64,000 bases of DNA, taken from the NCBI GenBank assembly GCA_002633005.1, contig NMRA01000091.1, positions 953,820 through 1,017,819 on the forward strand. The letters are read 5' to 3'. A program made the position numbers and the translations under genes. Below are positions 1 through 14,806 of this stretch, piece after piece. Below the pieces are notes generated by a model that saw only the letters and a list, made by a program, of their open reading frames with translations, ran no database searches and was not told the DNA's origin. Each line of letters opens with the position of its first letter. The first letter of the stretch is position 1. This stretch comes from Phoronis australis (lineage: Eukaryota > Animalia > Phoronida).

Positions 1-1044
1 TTTCAATGAAATTTCCAAAGAACTGGGAGTGAAAAATTGAAAAAAAGGGTCAACGACCCACAGTTTATCTATAGTGCAGACTACTTTCTCCAACTGTGGT
101 ACATGTATTCATGCATAAAGTGCATGCATTTAACATTAACTACGTTCACTCAACTCCTATGCTGGAAGACCGTAGATTTGNCCACAGTTTATCTATAGTG
201 CAGACTACTTTCTCCAACTGTGGTATTCATGCATAAAGTGCATGCATTTAACATTAAGTACGTTCACTCAACTCCTATGCTGGAAGACCGTAGATTTGAG
301 CGTTTGCACAGGAAGCAGTTATTGATTTGACCACGGTGATAATACCCGTGCACCTTTTGCATTTTGGTCTCAAATTTTGTTTGTTCACCATATTTCCGGA
401 TAGCATTCAACAGTGGCTGTAGTACAATGACAAAATAGAATGTGTTAACTACTTTAGTATGTCCCATAGTGTCGCATTATAACGGGGAAATCAGAAACGT
501 ATTTCACTTTCTTATGAAACGCGAGTAGTAGCTTAGTGAAACATAAGAATATGAAACACAGAATTCCTTCTTTCATACCCAAAAAGTAAAAGAAATACAT
601 GTACGTTAGAAAAATATGTTATAGGCTTTGCTATACTACTAAATGTCAAATGAACCAAAGTTCAATTTGGAGAAGCAAAATGACGCCCATTAGCGGAGTG
701 CGTGTTTAACTGAAACTACGAAGTAAATAGCCTATGCAAATTATCACAAAAGCCTAAAAATACAAAATTAGTTTTTACATTAACACATCGCGCCTTACTA
801 AGGTTATGTAGCACCTTCTCGTTACGCCTGTATATTTAGCCAAATACATATATACTAAATTGTATACGACTTAGACCAGCAACAGTATATTTTTGGAAAG
901 TAGTAATTCCGTAGAATTTGATTTTTGATTTCATACCAGTCCGCAACTAAATAGGTTGCTNTTGCTTTGTGAGGCGATAATCAAAGATGCAAAAAAGCCT
1001 ATTCCAGAGCCGTAATATTATTTCCGGAGAACTTAGTTGACATC

Positions 1045-1949
1045 TTCATTTTTGGTGGATTCGGGACATCAAATATTGCTCGGGCACTGCATTCAATACC
1101 AGCTTGTTCTTCAATCATGAACATGGACTCCTCGATGTGATGAGAGCATAACTTGCACTTCTTGGACAATTAGGCTGCATCTCTATTCATAAAGACTGCT
1201 CCCAGCACTTGCACCTGAACAGAAATCAATGAGAGACTCAGGAACAAACCTCATACTCACTAGGTTCACAGAAGACTGGTAGCCTACACTAAACTACACT
1301 ACACTACAGAATTCGTGTCGCACTGTGATTGTGGTTTAGGCAAAAGTGTGTTGGTGTCAACTGAAAAACTAGAGTCAAATGTCGATCCACGGACATTTTA
1401 AGGGCCGCGCCCCCACATCATTGGCACATAGAATTAATTTTAAATGACGAACTGCTTAACTTAATTGGTCCAACTGGCCAATTAAAATTATGTCACAGAG
1501 ACCCACAGATTCTCTAACTTGACTCATGACAGACTTGAGGCCCTGTGGCTGTGATTGTGCCATGGCCGTGTAACCAGTCATACACTGTATTACCAATGGC
1601 CATGGGTATGTTTTCCTGCGATCGCTCGGTGACATTTTGATTTGGAATTCATGGACGGCAAGTATCCAAAAAGCAGACGATCACATCGTATGTTAATCAT
1701 AGTCCTTTCGCCGGCAGCCGGCTGCACGGTAGGCCTAGCATACACTGCAGACAACTGACAACAGTGGTAACGGGACTGCGATCGACTTGTCTAACAATTG
1801 TGAACAGAACACACAAAATGAAAGACAATGTGTCATATTATTGAATAACACATAACCTTACCTTTCCTGATCCTTAGGAAACCTAAAAAATGGATCTTCG
1901 TGGATGAATTCATGCAATTTATCGCACTGCGAAATGCGTCCTTCCCCAT
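1045..1949 (-). pseudogene. Degenerate two-exon THAP-domain gene, probably a transposon relic
   Basis: Exon 1949-1862 reads MG..SAINCMNS../FFRFPKDQER|gtaagg with a frameshift. The exon from 1214 (ttctgttcag|) reads RCKCW..CKLCSHHIEESMF../KNKLVLNAVP/IFDVPNPPK with frameshifts. Confidence 0.65.
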
Positions 1950-1956
1950 TGTTTCG

Positions 1957-2390
1957 GCGCTTCCACAGGCGCTTGGGTTTATCGCAAATGACGTCACTTA
2001 ATAATATATATAAGAAAACATAAAGGTTGGACACTTAAACTTTGCGAAGCCGAGGCTCCCAACTTCAACCGTCCAAAATCCAAATAAAATCTGCGTGCAC
2101 CTCCCTCAGACTGGTGTTGCATAAACCTTCGAAGCCTTATCTTTCCTAGATCCCATTAACTGCCTCGTGAGTGGTGAATTGGCGATGGAATTTCAGAAAC
2201 AATCTCAAAACTCTGAATTCAAGGACCAGAAATAGTAAACATGGCGGATTTCGATGCTAGTTTCTTGGAGTTCCATGTACATTTGAGTAGACAATTCTGA
2301 GCAAACAGATTTCGAGTGTCCAACCTTTATGTTTTCTTTTGTATTATGAGTGACGTCATTTGCTATAAACCCAAGCGCCTGTGGGCGCTT
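1957..2390. repeat. Inverted repeat pair (~75-bp arms, ~280-bp spacer)
   Basis: ccacaggcgcttgggtttatcgcaaatgacgtcact...aagaaaacataaaggttggacact (~1963-2034) matches the reverse complement at ~2315-2383. Confidence 0.85.
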
Positions 2391-3484
2391 CCTGGTTGAC
2401 ATTTGCTTAGTCACCACTTGGCGGCGCTAGTAGTAGCGGCAACAGCGAACTCACAAGTGAACTATCCTATATGTATACTACTACACTCCTTGGTTCTATC
2501 ATGTATTGGGTTGGCATTGGAACCCAAATGGTGCTTACTCGAATGGGCTTCATTTTACCAACTATTTCAAATTGAGGTGAAGTAAATAAAAAAGTGGGTG
2601 ATTATCATTACCGGAATTTCTTCATTAGTATCTTTTGCCTGGTGCTCAATTTTTCTATGACTAGGGATTGCCAGAATTGTAATGTAGAAGTGTTTCGCTG
2701 GGTTTCCAGGTCTGTGGCGTTAATTATGCCGGACCAAAATTAAAAACAAGACCTTTGTTTAAATCCGAAGCCTCATAATACACGTTTTACCAGACGTGCG
2801 CAGGCAGCACATGAGGGCCTATCTCACTGATCACTTGGACATATTATGGTTGATTAATATATAGTTAAACCAATCTGAGGAGCTTGAAACCTGATTCACG
2901 GGAATTTTTGGCAGTGGGATTTTCTGAAAAATGCTCGTAAGTTAAGAACTAAGTTTGATAGCAATGCATTGCAGTTTTGTAGAAACTCTGTCATAGGTTA
3001 CAGATGCGTCCTAGAGCGCAAATTTGATGAATTCTAGCTAACGATTTCACCTGTTTCGGATACCGGGTTTCAACCACTTTTGGGCTTTATAAGCACACCC
3101 TTCCTGAAGCGGATTTTTTCTAAGCGCCCTGGCCGCTTACTAGGGCGAATACGGTAATATTTCAGAAGGCAATACATAGTATCCTTTATGAACGGTACCC
3201 TTCTGTTACGTTAGGAGTTGGATTGGCTCATTATGTACCCTACAGGTGGCATAGGTCTTTACAAAATCGGTTGAAGAATTTTGTTTTCGTCATAAACGTT
3301 CGTTTGAAAGGCTTAAGTTTGGAAATGGTAGGACTTAAGGCGGAAATTTAAAAACCATTTAACCGCTTACAAAATATTAACATTGTGGAATTAAAACAAC
3401 CTTCACACCCCTAGCGGACAATTTTCGTCAAAAAGTATACCAGATACTTTTCATCAAAACGGAGAAAAGAAAAATAGCTTTGTG

Positions 3485-3862
3485 ATGACAGGCTTAAGTA
3501 GTAGGCCTACCAGAGCCTCTTAAAACACAATCATCTTCGAAGTGCCTTGAACAAATGTACAAAGTCGTCTTGGTGAAACAACTGTCATTCACGTCGACAC
3601 AAGAAGTTCACCTTTCTTCCCACAGCCTATTATGGGATCTTCGGATGATATGGAAGCTAATTCCTTTGTATTTCGCGTGTGTGGCCGAACAACCGGCCAC
3701 ACAACAGCCGACCATGATTAGCAGAGGACGTACTTGCCGGAAATTGCACCAGACAATTTAGCCAGGTTTCGCCAATGAATAACGACGTAAGGGCTTATGC
3801 GTAAGGTCACAGATTTCGTCCATTTAAAGTATGCGGAGTTGGCGGTCCATGTACTATAGTCT
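3485..3862. repeat. Dispersed repeat; inverted copy at ~12706-13070
   Basis: Shared blocks such as gcgtgtgtggccg, acttgccggaaattgcaccaga and taaggtcacagatttc match the reverse complement. Confidence 0.8.
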
Positions 3863-6451
3863 ATGGATTTACAATCTTCGACTAAGGACGCTGATATTCG
3901 GACGAAGCGTTGGTTCATTGCCATAGGCTGCGACGTGTAAACTTTATCAATGCTTTCGAAAGTTTAGATCATAGTTTTTTGATGTCGCATCTCGGTTGCC
4001 GAGCACCAGAGCAACGACCGCAGAGTCGTCGACCAGCCAGGCTGTGTTTTCATTACTACGGGTTGAAACATGATGCATTTTTCTTTCCAAACAGCACGGG
4101 GCCCTCAATCCCTCGATTTTGGGGCCGAACATTGGCTCTATTACCCTCTCAAAAATATTAAAAACTTACGCAAAATTCCCCCACGATTGAGGGCTAAAAA
4201 TTCCCTAGTGATTGAAAATTTCTCTGCGAAGTTCAAATCACCTGTAACCACACAGGTGACTCTTTGAGAGAGCTCAAAATGCTGCTTGAGACATAGCCTA
4301 TGAGAGCTTGCAACAGGACGGGGTCCTATTGATGGTGATCGGAAGCTAGATTTTATCCCTCACTCGGCGAAAAATTTCCCCTCTCTCAGAAGGCACAGCA
4401 CCTTTCCCCTCGACCAATGAACGAGGCCACTGAAGAAACATGATAACTATGCTTTGCTCTGCCAAGTTAACTGAAACTGAGCTCTAAAACGAAGTTATGC
4501 TTCAGACAAACGAATACGGTGTTTTAATTTTAAACTTCAACTTGGTCCAGAATGATATTTGAAACCTAACACATGCAAAACAAGAAAGAATTATTAAAAC
4601 CAACAAAGTAGAATTGATGGTCAATTAATTTTGTTTTCAATTACGAACCAAGTTTTTTTATTTTAATAAAAATGTATTTAATAACATCAATTATTCTTTC
4701 ACATAAATGACAAATCATCTACTACTCCCAGGACCTAGGCTATTCTTGATGTAAATAATCTCGATTAACAAATTTAACCAGATAGTAAACATGAAAGCAA
4801 AATGCGATGCTGTCGAATATATCTTCAACTCGTTAACAATAAGAGCAGCTGAACTGGTTCGTGTAGAAAGCATTTTTATCAACAATTCACAAGAAGAAAC
4901 GTAACCCTGCATTCAACATTATACCTGATACGTAACCACCGATCGCCGTAATTTGGTCATATTTACTTTTCTTGTTTCGAACCTTGTTTTCCGAAAACGT
5001 ATACACTTTCGTCAGACAACTCTTTTGTGCATTGACTTGTTCTCTAATGTATTTTTCTAAGTCTCTGTGGTTACTTATCGACACATGTTTAAGATTTAAT
5101 TTTCGGTTTGGACTCGAAAGACCGGTCACTTGACTCATGCAATGTCAAATTCCGCTTTGTTTTTCGCAGTGATCCTCGCTTTGGATTTTAATGTCTGCCG
5201 CGCGAATTAGGTCTATGAGGTCGTGAACTGTCAGTGGCATGCATTCGTCGCATCGGTTGTTGATTAGTTTTTGATTATGGTGAACTGTAGTTTGCCATGA
5301 AAACGTAAATATTACAATTAATTCAAGGCGTGAGAACATATCGTGTTATATATAACCTGCTTGATGTTTTCGCCAGTTCTTTTTCTCAGCCAGCCTCTGT
5401 TTAAATGCGGTACAAAACCAGAACGGCCTGTGAGACACATCTGCGCTTCTCCAAGAAGGCGTTTCCTTGCGGAATTTCGTGGCAGCAAACGCAAGCGTCA
5501 GTCGTTTCCATTATCGTGCAGTTAGCTCACTGAAACCCTGACAAGTCATTCAAATGTTTATAGGAACTATCCATACATTCTGTAGTTCAGTAACTTTTCC
5601 AGACGTGAGGGGTCATGCTGAACGTGCGATAATATCTCGCTCTTTTGTTAGCTGCCCATCTCAGTCTTTTGTTCCGTATGATAACAAGCAGGCCAATTAT
5701 CTCCCAGGCTTCAAAGGAAACGTATGGTGGTTGCACGCTATTACGAACGCGTATTCAGAACACAGTCAAACCCAGTGCGTTGGTAATCCGTTTGGACAGC
5801 ATAAATTGTCTTAAATTCTGTTGTAGTTAAGTGATTTTGGTGATTCAAAAACTTAACATGATCGGCATTTGACAAGGTATTCAGAAAAGCTATTGGTTTA
5901 AGCTCAAATATGTTACAACTTAACTTTCATTTTTATCAGTCAAGCCCAGTCAGGCTAGATCTGATCTGATCGGAGATAAGAGCAATTATCGAACAAAAGA
6001 GCACAGGCCCTCAAACTATAAATGCCAGAATGGAGTTAATCAGTCGTGTAAGATATTGGCTACGGGGGTAAACTTCCCAAATTGTTGTTGGGCTATAGAA
6101 TCGAACAAGTTGGGAGCAACGCGATGTCGCCGTCATGTAGGTTCCGTTGTCTGTGCACGTTCACGTAGCTCTCTGTTATTTCTTCTTGATCAGTGTATTC
6201 CTGTGAAACCTAACGATCGACCTGTGAAGTGTTCGTCGGACGAGCACTCGTCTAAGTCAGGATTGCGAGTTGTCACGTTGACGTTCAACATGTGTGTTCT
6301 ATTTCAAAATGTTTTGACAAGTCAGCAATGAATAAATCACTGCGTTACCGGCTTTAGATGCAATAAACTAATCAACCGGGCACCGATTCCGTGCGAGCCC
6401 ATGCAATTTCAGTGTTTTCTGACAGAACGTTCTTGTGAAACAATAACTAGA

Positions 6452-7369
6452 TTTTTATGCGCCCACATATTTATATGTGGACGCATTATGCCGTCATCTC
6501 TGTCCGTCCGTCCGTCCGTCCGTCCGTCCAGGCGGCGTCCGTCCGGCGTACGGCGTCCGGCGTCCGGCGTCTGGCGTCCGGCGTCCGCTGCTCTATCTCC
6601 AAAACCCTTTGACATACGTTCATGAAATTTGGCACATATGTTCCATTCATGAATGGGACGGCATGTGCGAACTGTCGGACGGATCCGACTACCAGTGTGC
6701 CCCCTAGTGGCAATTTTAGTTTTTTACGCTTACCATTGTATCTTCAAAAGTCCTGAATGGATTTTCATGAAATTTGATATGTAGGCACCTAGTAGTGAGA
6801 TGACGCTATCCTGCCGTTTTCAGATGGATTCGACATAGTTTGCGCCACCTAGTGGCCATTTTTAGTGTTTTCGAGTCTGTTTTTGTGCGTCCACCCCTCT
6901 GTCAACCAAACCGCTGAAAGGATGATTGTGAAAATTGGCATGTATATGTTTACTATGTAGAGGACGGTTGACGATGATTTTCCGACGATTTCGACTACTG
7001 TGGCACCTCCTAGTGGCAGTTTTGTTTTTTGCGCCTATGGTTGTATCTCCTAAACCGTTCGCAGGATCTTTACGAAATTGTGTAAGTATATTTATATGAT
7101 GTTAACAACGGAAGATGACGACTTTTGGACGGATCCGACTACCGGTGTGCCCCCTGATGGCAATTTTAGTTTTTTACGCTTACCTTTGTATCTTCAAAAG
7201 TCCTTAACGGATTTTCATGAAATTTGGTATGTAGGAACCTATTAGTGAGATGACGCTATCCTCCTGTTTTCAGATTGATTCGACAAAGTTTGCGCCACCT
7301 AGTGGCCATTTTTACTGTTTTCGAGTCTGTATTTTTGCGTCCACCCCTCTATCAACCAAACCGCTCAAA
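6452..7369 (+). mobile_element. DINE-1/Helentron-like non-autonomous element (truncated at gap)
   Basis: T-rich start, hairpin ccacatatttatatgtgg, (GTCC)n/(GGCGTCC)n microsatellite, then ~450-bp internal tandem repeats (6676 and 7126). Confidence 0.7.
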
Positions 7370-9531
7370 NNNNNNNNNNNNNNNNNNNNNNNNNNNNNNN
7401 NNNNNNNNNNNNNNNNNNNNNNNNNNACTCATTGCCTATGAAAGGGCATCCTCACCAACAAGGCTTATTTGTGTAGCAGTCAGATATAGTTCGTCTGGAT
7501 ACACAGACACTCCACTGGCACATTGTCTCATGGTAACTTAGTACTGCGATTCACATTTCTCCAGGGCCACTGACTTGCACATTGTGCCATGCAGCACTGC
7601 TGGTGTGTGGAAGTGCTGTGGGAAGAGAACGGAGTAACAAAGCTTGTCTATGATACAGCTTGAAGTGGCATTAAAATGTCACTGAACGTGGAACAAATAT
7701 TGAAATATGAATAATTAAGTACTCCATATTGGATCAAAAATGTTATCCCTGTTTTTCAAAAATATATGGTGATTGGTCTACATTTTCACATAAAAGTAAA
7801 TAATTACTATTTTCAGAAACCAAGGGTGTATATAATGAGTATTGCATAAAACTGTGTCTTTATTTTTTATCTCTAGCCATAACAATTCTTTAAACGCATC
7901 ACTTGTCTGTAAAATATACCAGTTTTTTGAGACAACTTCAAACCTTTTTTGCCCATTTTCAAGCCTTTTTTAATTTTGATACTTTCAGCAATTTTAAACT
8001 CAGATTACAGGTTCATGGATCTGTCAAGCATACTTGAAGACTTGGGTCATTTAAAAATGGATAATCTTTATGTTGTTTAATAGTAATTGCAAATCGTAAG
8101 GCACCATCAAAAATGCAATTTTCACAAAAATGGCAGTCATTTGAATTTATAACGACTTGCAACATTTCAAGGCATGAGTTAAGACTATTTAGTCACTGTG
8201 AATTCGCAAAATGTAATATATTTTCGTGGTTTTACAATTGATACAAGTAGCAAAACAGTTTCATGAAATCAACTTGAAGGGACTTCGTGAAGGTTAAGAA
8301 TTTTATCTCACTATGCTCTGTTCCCCAAACATGTACTACCTGTTATTTCCACACATTCAGTTGTACCAAATATTACAGTCCCCATGCCAATCCCCCCTCG
8401 GGACCTGAATAAGTAATTTAACAAAATGACTTTAAAAATAGCTGTTACTTTTCAAAGGCTTTGTTCGTTGTCTCCAATATTGAAAGTAGGCTTTGACAAC
8501 AGGTCTGCACTGGATGGGAAGATCTTGTTGGATAGCTGCAGTCAAATGCTAAAAACCAATTTTTGTCCATTCAGGGACGGTGCAGAAGCGATGGATATCT
8601 CCTCTGCACGGTACAAGCCTTCAAACCTAAAAACCAAAGGTTACGTGAAAACTGACGTGATAGATTTCCATTTCAACGTGTAATAGATTTCTAGAAGACA
8701 TATGATAGGGAGTAAACAAATAGTCTGACTGCCCCGAAGTCGACATCGGCGAGTGCCTCAGTTAACAGGCATCGGTAGAATAGTCATGAAATAATCGTTA
8801 AAATAATCACAAACCTAACATTTGTATGAGGTCGTGCTTACTTCCTCTCATAGAAGCACCCTTTTTACGCAATCCCAGATTCAGTTGGCACGGCTGCAAG
8901 TTATTTCACCATGTATTCAAAGGGCTCGCGAAATCGAGGCTGCTAATCTATCACCACTAGTACACGCACGCCCGCTAGCTATTGTAGATTTTCCGAATAG
9001 CCCGAAAGTCTAAAATTACAACACACAGCTATGTTCTCCTGTCTAATTCACGGACGAATTTGAATTGATCACCGAACAGACCCCACTGAAACACCCGTGA
9101 CTGACCTTTGTAAATTCAGTGACTTACCGAAATTTTTAGGCTACGGTACGCTGCAATACCTAATAATCCATAACAGCAAAATAAAATAACACGTTCGTTC
9201 GATAAGTCGATGTATTTGTAAAGATTTTACATCGAATTTTGATGATCTATTGGTGTAAAACGATGATTTCAAGCTATAACCAGACTCCAGTAAGCGTATT
9301 GTGAACTGGTGAACAGACGGCATTCGAACCCCTGACGCCATTGGTTAACTTCAGTTCCTCCGTCTGCCGTCAGGTGTCAGGTAAAAGACCTGTATATGCT
9401 GTTATCGAGTGGAACTACTCGATCTAAATTGATACTAAAAGGTCCGCTGTAGGCAGGCCCCGGTTCACTGTTAATTGCATGCTGTCGTAAACATGAATTC
9501 TTTGACTTGCCTCTGTGAGTAACTTTGAGTT

Positions 9532-12024
9532 TGAAATTTCGGGGCGGACTGAGAAATGGTCTTTCATTTGATTGCACGATTACTACGTTCATGATTGACA
9601 ATAAAACTATTCAGATGAAAAACCACCCCCATCGATTTATCCCTCGGATGCTGTGTTTCGAAGTGGTTAACTATCATGGCCATCGATTACTTAGCCCAGG
9701 TCAATTTATTTTTTTTTCTCTTGGCCTATTTTAATTGGTAAAAGTTAATGCTTGGAAAATGCCAACATATGATATATTGAAGAAGTGGTGAATGACAAAA
9801 TTCCATTCCAATATTGTTTGGCATGAGAGATTCGTGCGTCGAGCATGCTACAAACACCCGTCTGTGTCCACAACGCCAAAGGCCATCTGTAGCTCGCATT
9901 GTACACGGCGGTTTTGGGGAACTGTGGGCGGCATTATCCAAGTGGTTCCTGAATTTGAGAGCAGGCTGTCTAATTGTTTCATATATACACCTCCTGATGG
10001 AAAATTCCACGGGCTATCTTGGCGGCTAAGAACATTTACCGAGTTCCGGAGAGTGACCAATTATCCAGAGTTGATAAAAATATTGCTGCTGTTGCTGTAA
10101 GAACTAATTAAAGACAAACATAGGCTAAACGGGCAACGGGACACTCCTGCTTTACACAACGAGGCTTGTGTCTTCTTTCATTGCCGACATATCCGTCACA
10201 CACTTTTACAGCTGCCTCGTTTGTGCGCCACTGGGGGTATTCTGTACAGTGTTTCTCAGATGCTTTATTCTATTTGTCCGTCCAGTATCAACGAGCTACT
10301 ACCAATGTGCTGTGGATTACAACTCCGATAGTTGAACGCTGGATAAACTTGACAAATATCCGTTACTGCCATAACAACGTTGTTCGCCTTACTGACATAA
10401 GTCAAAGACGAAAAAACGCGTGTGTTAGGATAAACTAAGTAAAATTGGGCGGTCCGGTGCCTGAAACGCGTCAAATGTGTGCATGCCACAGACACTCGGT
10501 TTAAACTCATAAGAACTCTCTGACAGGTATTGTAAGAGAGAAGTTGTAGAAGTCTGTAACCAAGTAAGCTTCAGCTATTAAGGCTTGGTCGGATTAATAC
10601 TGCACCGATTAGAACTCGCTTATCATTAAGTTACTTTCTCAATTTCTTATGATTAAACGATTAACTTTGGGACATTCCATGGTCACATTCCTTAACGGCT
10701 TTCCATACAGATGTGAAAATGTTCTTGTCGTTCCTAAAATAGCCAGTGGAAACTAATCGCTTTCTNTGAAATTTCGGGGCGGACTGAGAAATGGTCTTTC
10801 ACTTGATTGCACGATTACTACGTTCATGATTGACAATAAAACTGTTCAGATGAAAAACCACCCCCATCGATTTATCCCTCGGATGCTGTGTTTCGAAGTG
10901 GTTAACTATGGCCATCGATTACTTAGCCCAGGTCAATTTAAAATTGTTTTCTCTTGGCCTATTTTTAATCGGTAAAAGTTAATGCTTGGAAAATGCCAAC
11001 ATATGATACATGTATATTGAAGAAGTGGTGAATGACAAAATTCCATTCCAATATTGTTTGGCATGAGAGATTTGTGCGTGGAGCATGCTACAAACACCCG
11101 TCTGTGATTCCCCCGTTGCTCTTGTGTCCACAACACCAAAGGCCATCTGTAGCTCTCATTGTACACGGCGGTTTTGGGGAACTGTGGGCGGCATTATCCA
11201 AGTGGTTCCTGAATTTGAGAGCAGGCTGTCTAATTATTTCATATATACACCTCCTGATGGAAAATTCCACGGGCTATCTTGGCGGTTAAGAACATTTACC
11301 GAGTTCCGGAGAGTGACCAATTATCCAGAGTTGATAAAAATATTGCTGCTGTTGCTGTAAGAGCTAATTAAAGACAAACATAGGCTAAACGGGCAACGGG
11401 ACACTCCTGCTTTACGCAACGAGGCTTGTGTCTTCTTTCATTGCCGACATATCCGTCACACACTTTTACAGCTGCATCGTTTTTGCGCCACTGGGGGTAT
11501 TCTGTACAGTGTTTCTCAGATGCTTTATTCTATTTGTCCTTCCAATATCAACGAGCTACTACCAATGTGCTGTGGATTACAACTCCGATAGTTGAACGCT
11601 GGATAAACTTGACAAATATCCGTTACTGCCATAACAACGTTGTTCGCCTTACTGACATAAGTCAAAGACGAGAAAACGCGTGTGTTAGGATAAACTAAGT
11701 AAAATTGGGCGGTCCGGTGCCTGAAAAGCGTCAAATGTGTGCATGCCACAGACACTCGGTTTAAACTCATAAGAACTCTCTGACAGGTATTGTAGAGAGA
11801 GGTTGTAGAAGTCTGTAACCAAGTAAGCTTCAGCTATTAAGGCTTGGTCGGGTTAATACTGCACCGATTAGAACTCGCTTATCATTAAGTTACTTTCTCA
11901 ATTTCTTATGATTAAACGATTAACTTTGGGACACTCTATGGTCATATACCTTAACGGCTTTCCATACAGATGTGAAAATGTTCTTGTCGTTCCTAAAATA
12001 GCCAGTGGAAACTAATCGCTTTCT
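9532..12024. repeat. 1.24-kb near-identical direct duplication joined by single N (10766); likely allelic overlap
   Basis: 9532-10765 and 10767-12024 differ only by SNPs and small indels. Confidence 0.9.
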
Positions 12025-12259
12025 AAAATCCGGGCGAAAGTAGGGTTATATTGCCGGGTAATTCGGGGTTGTCCTAATGAAAATATAGCTGTTAAAAAGA
12101 TTTTAGAACGGCAAAAAAATGATGTTGAAAAATTGAAACTATTGTTCAAACGGTTGTATCTCATGGCATATCAGTAAATTTCGTGATAGTCGAATTATAC
12201 ACAACGAACAAATTAAAATACTTGAACACATCGAAGGATTTCTTTCATTTGTGTTACAG

Positions 12260-12405
12260 AATGTCATGATGACCCCGAATGGGGGTCATCGACTTGCAAA
12301 CAGAAGAAGAAATCTTGGTGCGAGGACAGACGCTATGAGCCATTGCGGACGGCGTACGAGATGTGTCCCGTGACGTGTGGCTTCTGCATCCCATGTCCTG
12401 CGTAG
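12260..12405 (+). CDS. Terminal coding exon of an upstream gene: one ShKT domain then stop
   Basis: Acceptor tttgtgttacag, phase 1. Translates xCHDDPEWGSSTCKQKKKSWCEDRRYEPLRTAYEMCPVTCGFCIPCPA*, with the ShKT C..C..C..CxxxCxxC pattern. AATAAA at ~12660. No upstream exons identified in the window. Confidence 0.8.
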
Positions 12406-14806
12406 AGAGATGTGAATGGCTGACACATTACAAACTTTATGAAGCTCATGGTTTAGCTTCTGCACTGCTAATAAGTAATCACGAAAAAACCTACGCCATT
12501 CGTTATTGTTTACCGCCCCTGTCCCTTACGCGGTTGAGCAAAACTTTGACCAATGGTATGCGACGTATAATCGGTGTGTGTTGTTTATCTACAAAACGTC
12601 TCTGTGCATACGAAATGGAGAAATTGTGTTGTAATATATCTCATATCCGGTACCTATTTAATAAACAATGTACGCGATTATCATTTTTTCGCTCTGAAAC
12701 CATACACTATAGTATATGGACCGCCAAATCCGTATACTTTCAATGGATGAAATTTGTGACCTTACACAGAAGCCCTTAGGTCATTCTTCACTGGCGACAC
12801 CTGGCTAAATTTTCTGGTGCAATTTCCGGCAAGTACGCCGTCTGCTATTCGGTCGGCTGCTTCGTGGCCGAACAACCGGCCACACACGCGAAATGCAAAG
12901 GGATGATTAGCTTCCATACCATTCGAAGACCCCATAATCGAATGTGGGTAGAAAATCTAACTTCTTGTGTCAACGTGAATGGCAGTTATTTCACAAATAT
13001 GACTTTGAACATGCACTTTGATGATGAACGTTTTTTGTGAGGCTCTTTTAAGCCTACTACTTAATCCTGTCTTCGCAAATCCAAACAGTTTGACAAAGTC
13101 CGTTCAATCACACGAAATGAATATTTAAGAACTTAAATTAAAGGCAATACAGCTAATAGAATACCATTCACAACTATGTTCAATCCATGTTGAAACGGAA
13201 TTAGCCACGTCTTCAGAAAACATCTTTCCACGCTGCATATTTCCCTCACCCACCTATAATTTCTTGGAGAAAATGTAAAAGTCTAAAAAATTATTTAGTT
13301 AAAGCTAATGTCGACAATATACACCAAACTGACAAACCTATTGGCACGACACAATGTAACAAAACTAGGTGTAAAATGTGTAACTTTATCAACGATAGCA
13401 CTTTTTTCCAGTCTTCCCAAACCAATGAAAACTTTGAAATAAAACATTATTCTGATTGCACCACCAACAATATTATTTACCTTATATCTTGTAAAAATAT
13501 TATATCCAATACGTAGGACAAACTCATCATAATCTGCAAACTCAATTTCGTTATCATAGATTTAACATAATATATAAAAACTTTTCTGATACTACAGGTA
13601 AACATTTCAATTCCAAAAACCCTAATGTTCAAGATCTTTATGCACAAATAATAGAAAAACCGCAACACCCCGGTACCCCTCACAGACTCAAAAGAGAACA
13701 ATATTGGATGGACAAGCTCAATACACTAGAAACATATGCATTAAACATAAAAACTTCCTAAATCATTGAATTTTTTTCGCAACAATTTAACATATTCATT
13801 ACGCCACATCTTAAATATCAATTGTCATACAGTGTTTGATTTTACTTTATTGCTGTTTCTGTTGACGAAGGACATCATTATATCCGAAAATTTCAGTTGA
13901 TCCATCCTGGTTGTTTTATTTACCTATTTATATTCTACATTTCGTGAAACAAAAGATCCTTGGGGGGATTGGATCGCCTTATTTAGTTTCAGATTTATTT
14001 TCTACGTTAAGATGTATTGGTGTTTTTGGGACACCGGGGTCATGTTGGGAACTAATTAGAAATGGTGGACGAAGATTTTTGGATGACTTAAAAACCGCCG
14101 CGTAATAAATTCTCAAAAGAAAATATAAACTCACACTTTTCTGAGATCGTGCCGTCAAATTTCTACCCAATCAAGGTGTTTATCATTTTTTTCAAAGTTC
14201 GGGAATGTTGATTGAGATAATTACTCAACAGTAAAACTGACTTTTCATGAGATACGTCTTAAAGGCTACAATTCAGATCGTATTGCTTTAATGGATTTCA
14301 TATTGATGCAACACTACTTATTCTCAGTCGAAGGTATTTTTTCTTAACGGCTATAGTATCATGATCTCTTTAAATTGTATAAAATCAGCAAAATCACCAA
14401 AATTTGCCACATTTATACAATGCCATAATCACCTTGTACATTTTGAATCCTATTTTAATCCGTTCCAAAGTGAGCCGCACTGCCATTATACACGACCAAT
14501 CGCTCCGCTAGAACAGTATTTCTATTATTCCCCAACTGACGTTTCTTGGGGTCCGAAGCATTTTTCGGCAGTTTTCATTTGCAAGACGGGCTGGAAAAAA
14601 TCCTGTGCGTCGAAAGGTTATTCAGTACTGATTCTCACAACATTTTATTCCACGAGACATTTGGTTTTACTTAAAGTTCAAACATGATACTGAAATAAGG
14701 TAAATAAAAATGTCACGTCGCACAACGCAATGCTGACATTTCGTGATTGACCTTGGACAGGCCTTTCACATGTCGACATTCACGCATTTGGCCAAAACCA
14801 TCCAAG

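Noticed and set aside
6401-6713. Arg/Pro-rich ORFs
   Set aside because: Translations of the GTCC/GGCGTCC microsatellite in a DINE-like element.
9532-12024. Genuine tandem gene duplication (paired ORFs in the track)
   Set aside because: Single-N join and allele-level differences. The ORFs have no recognisable protein features.
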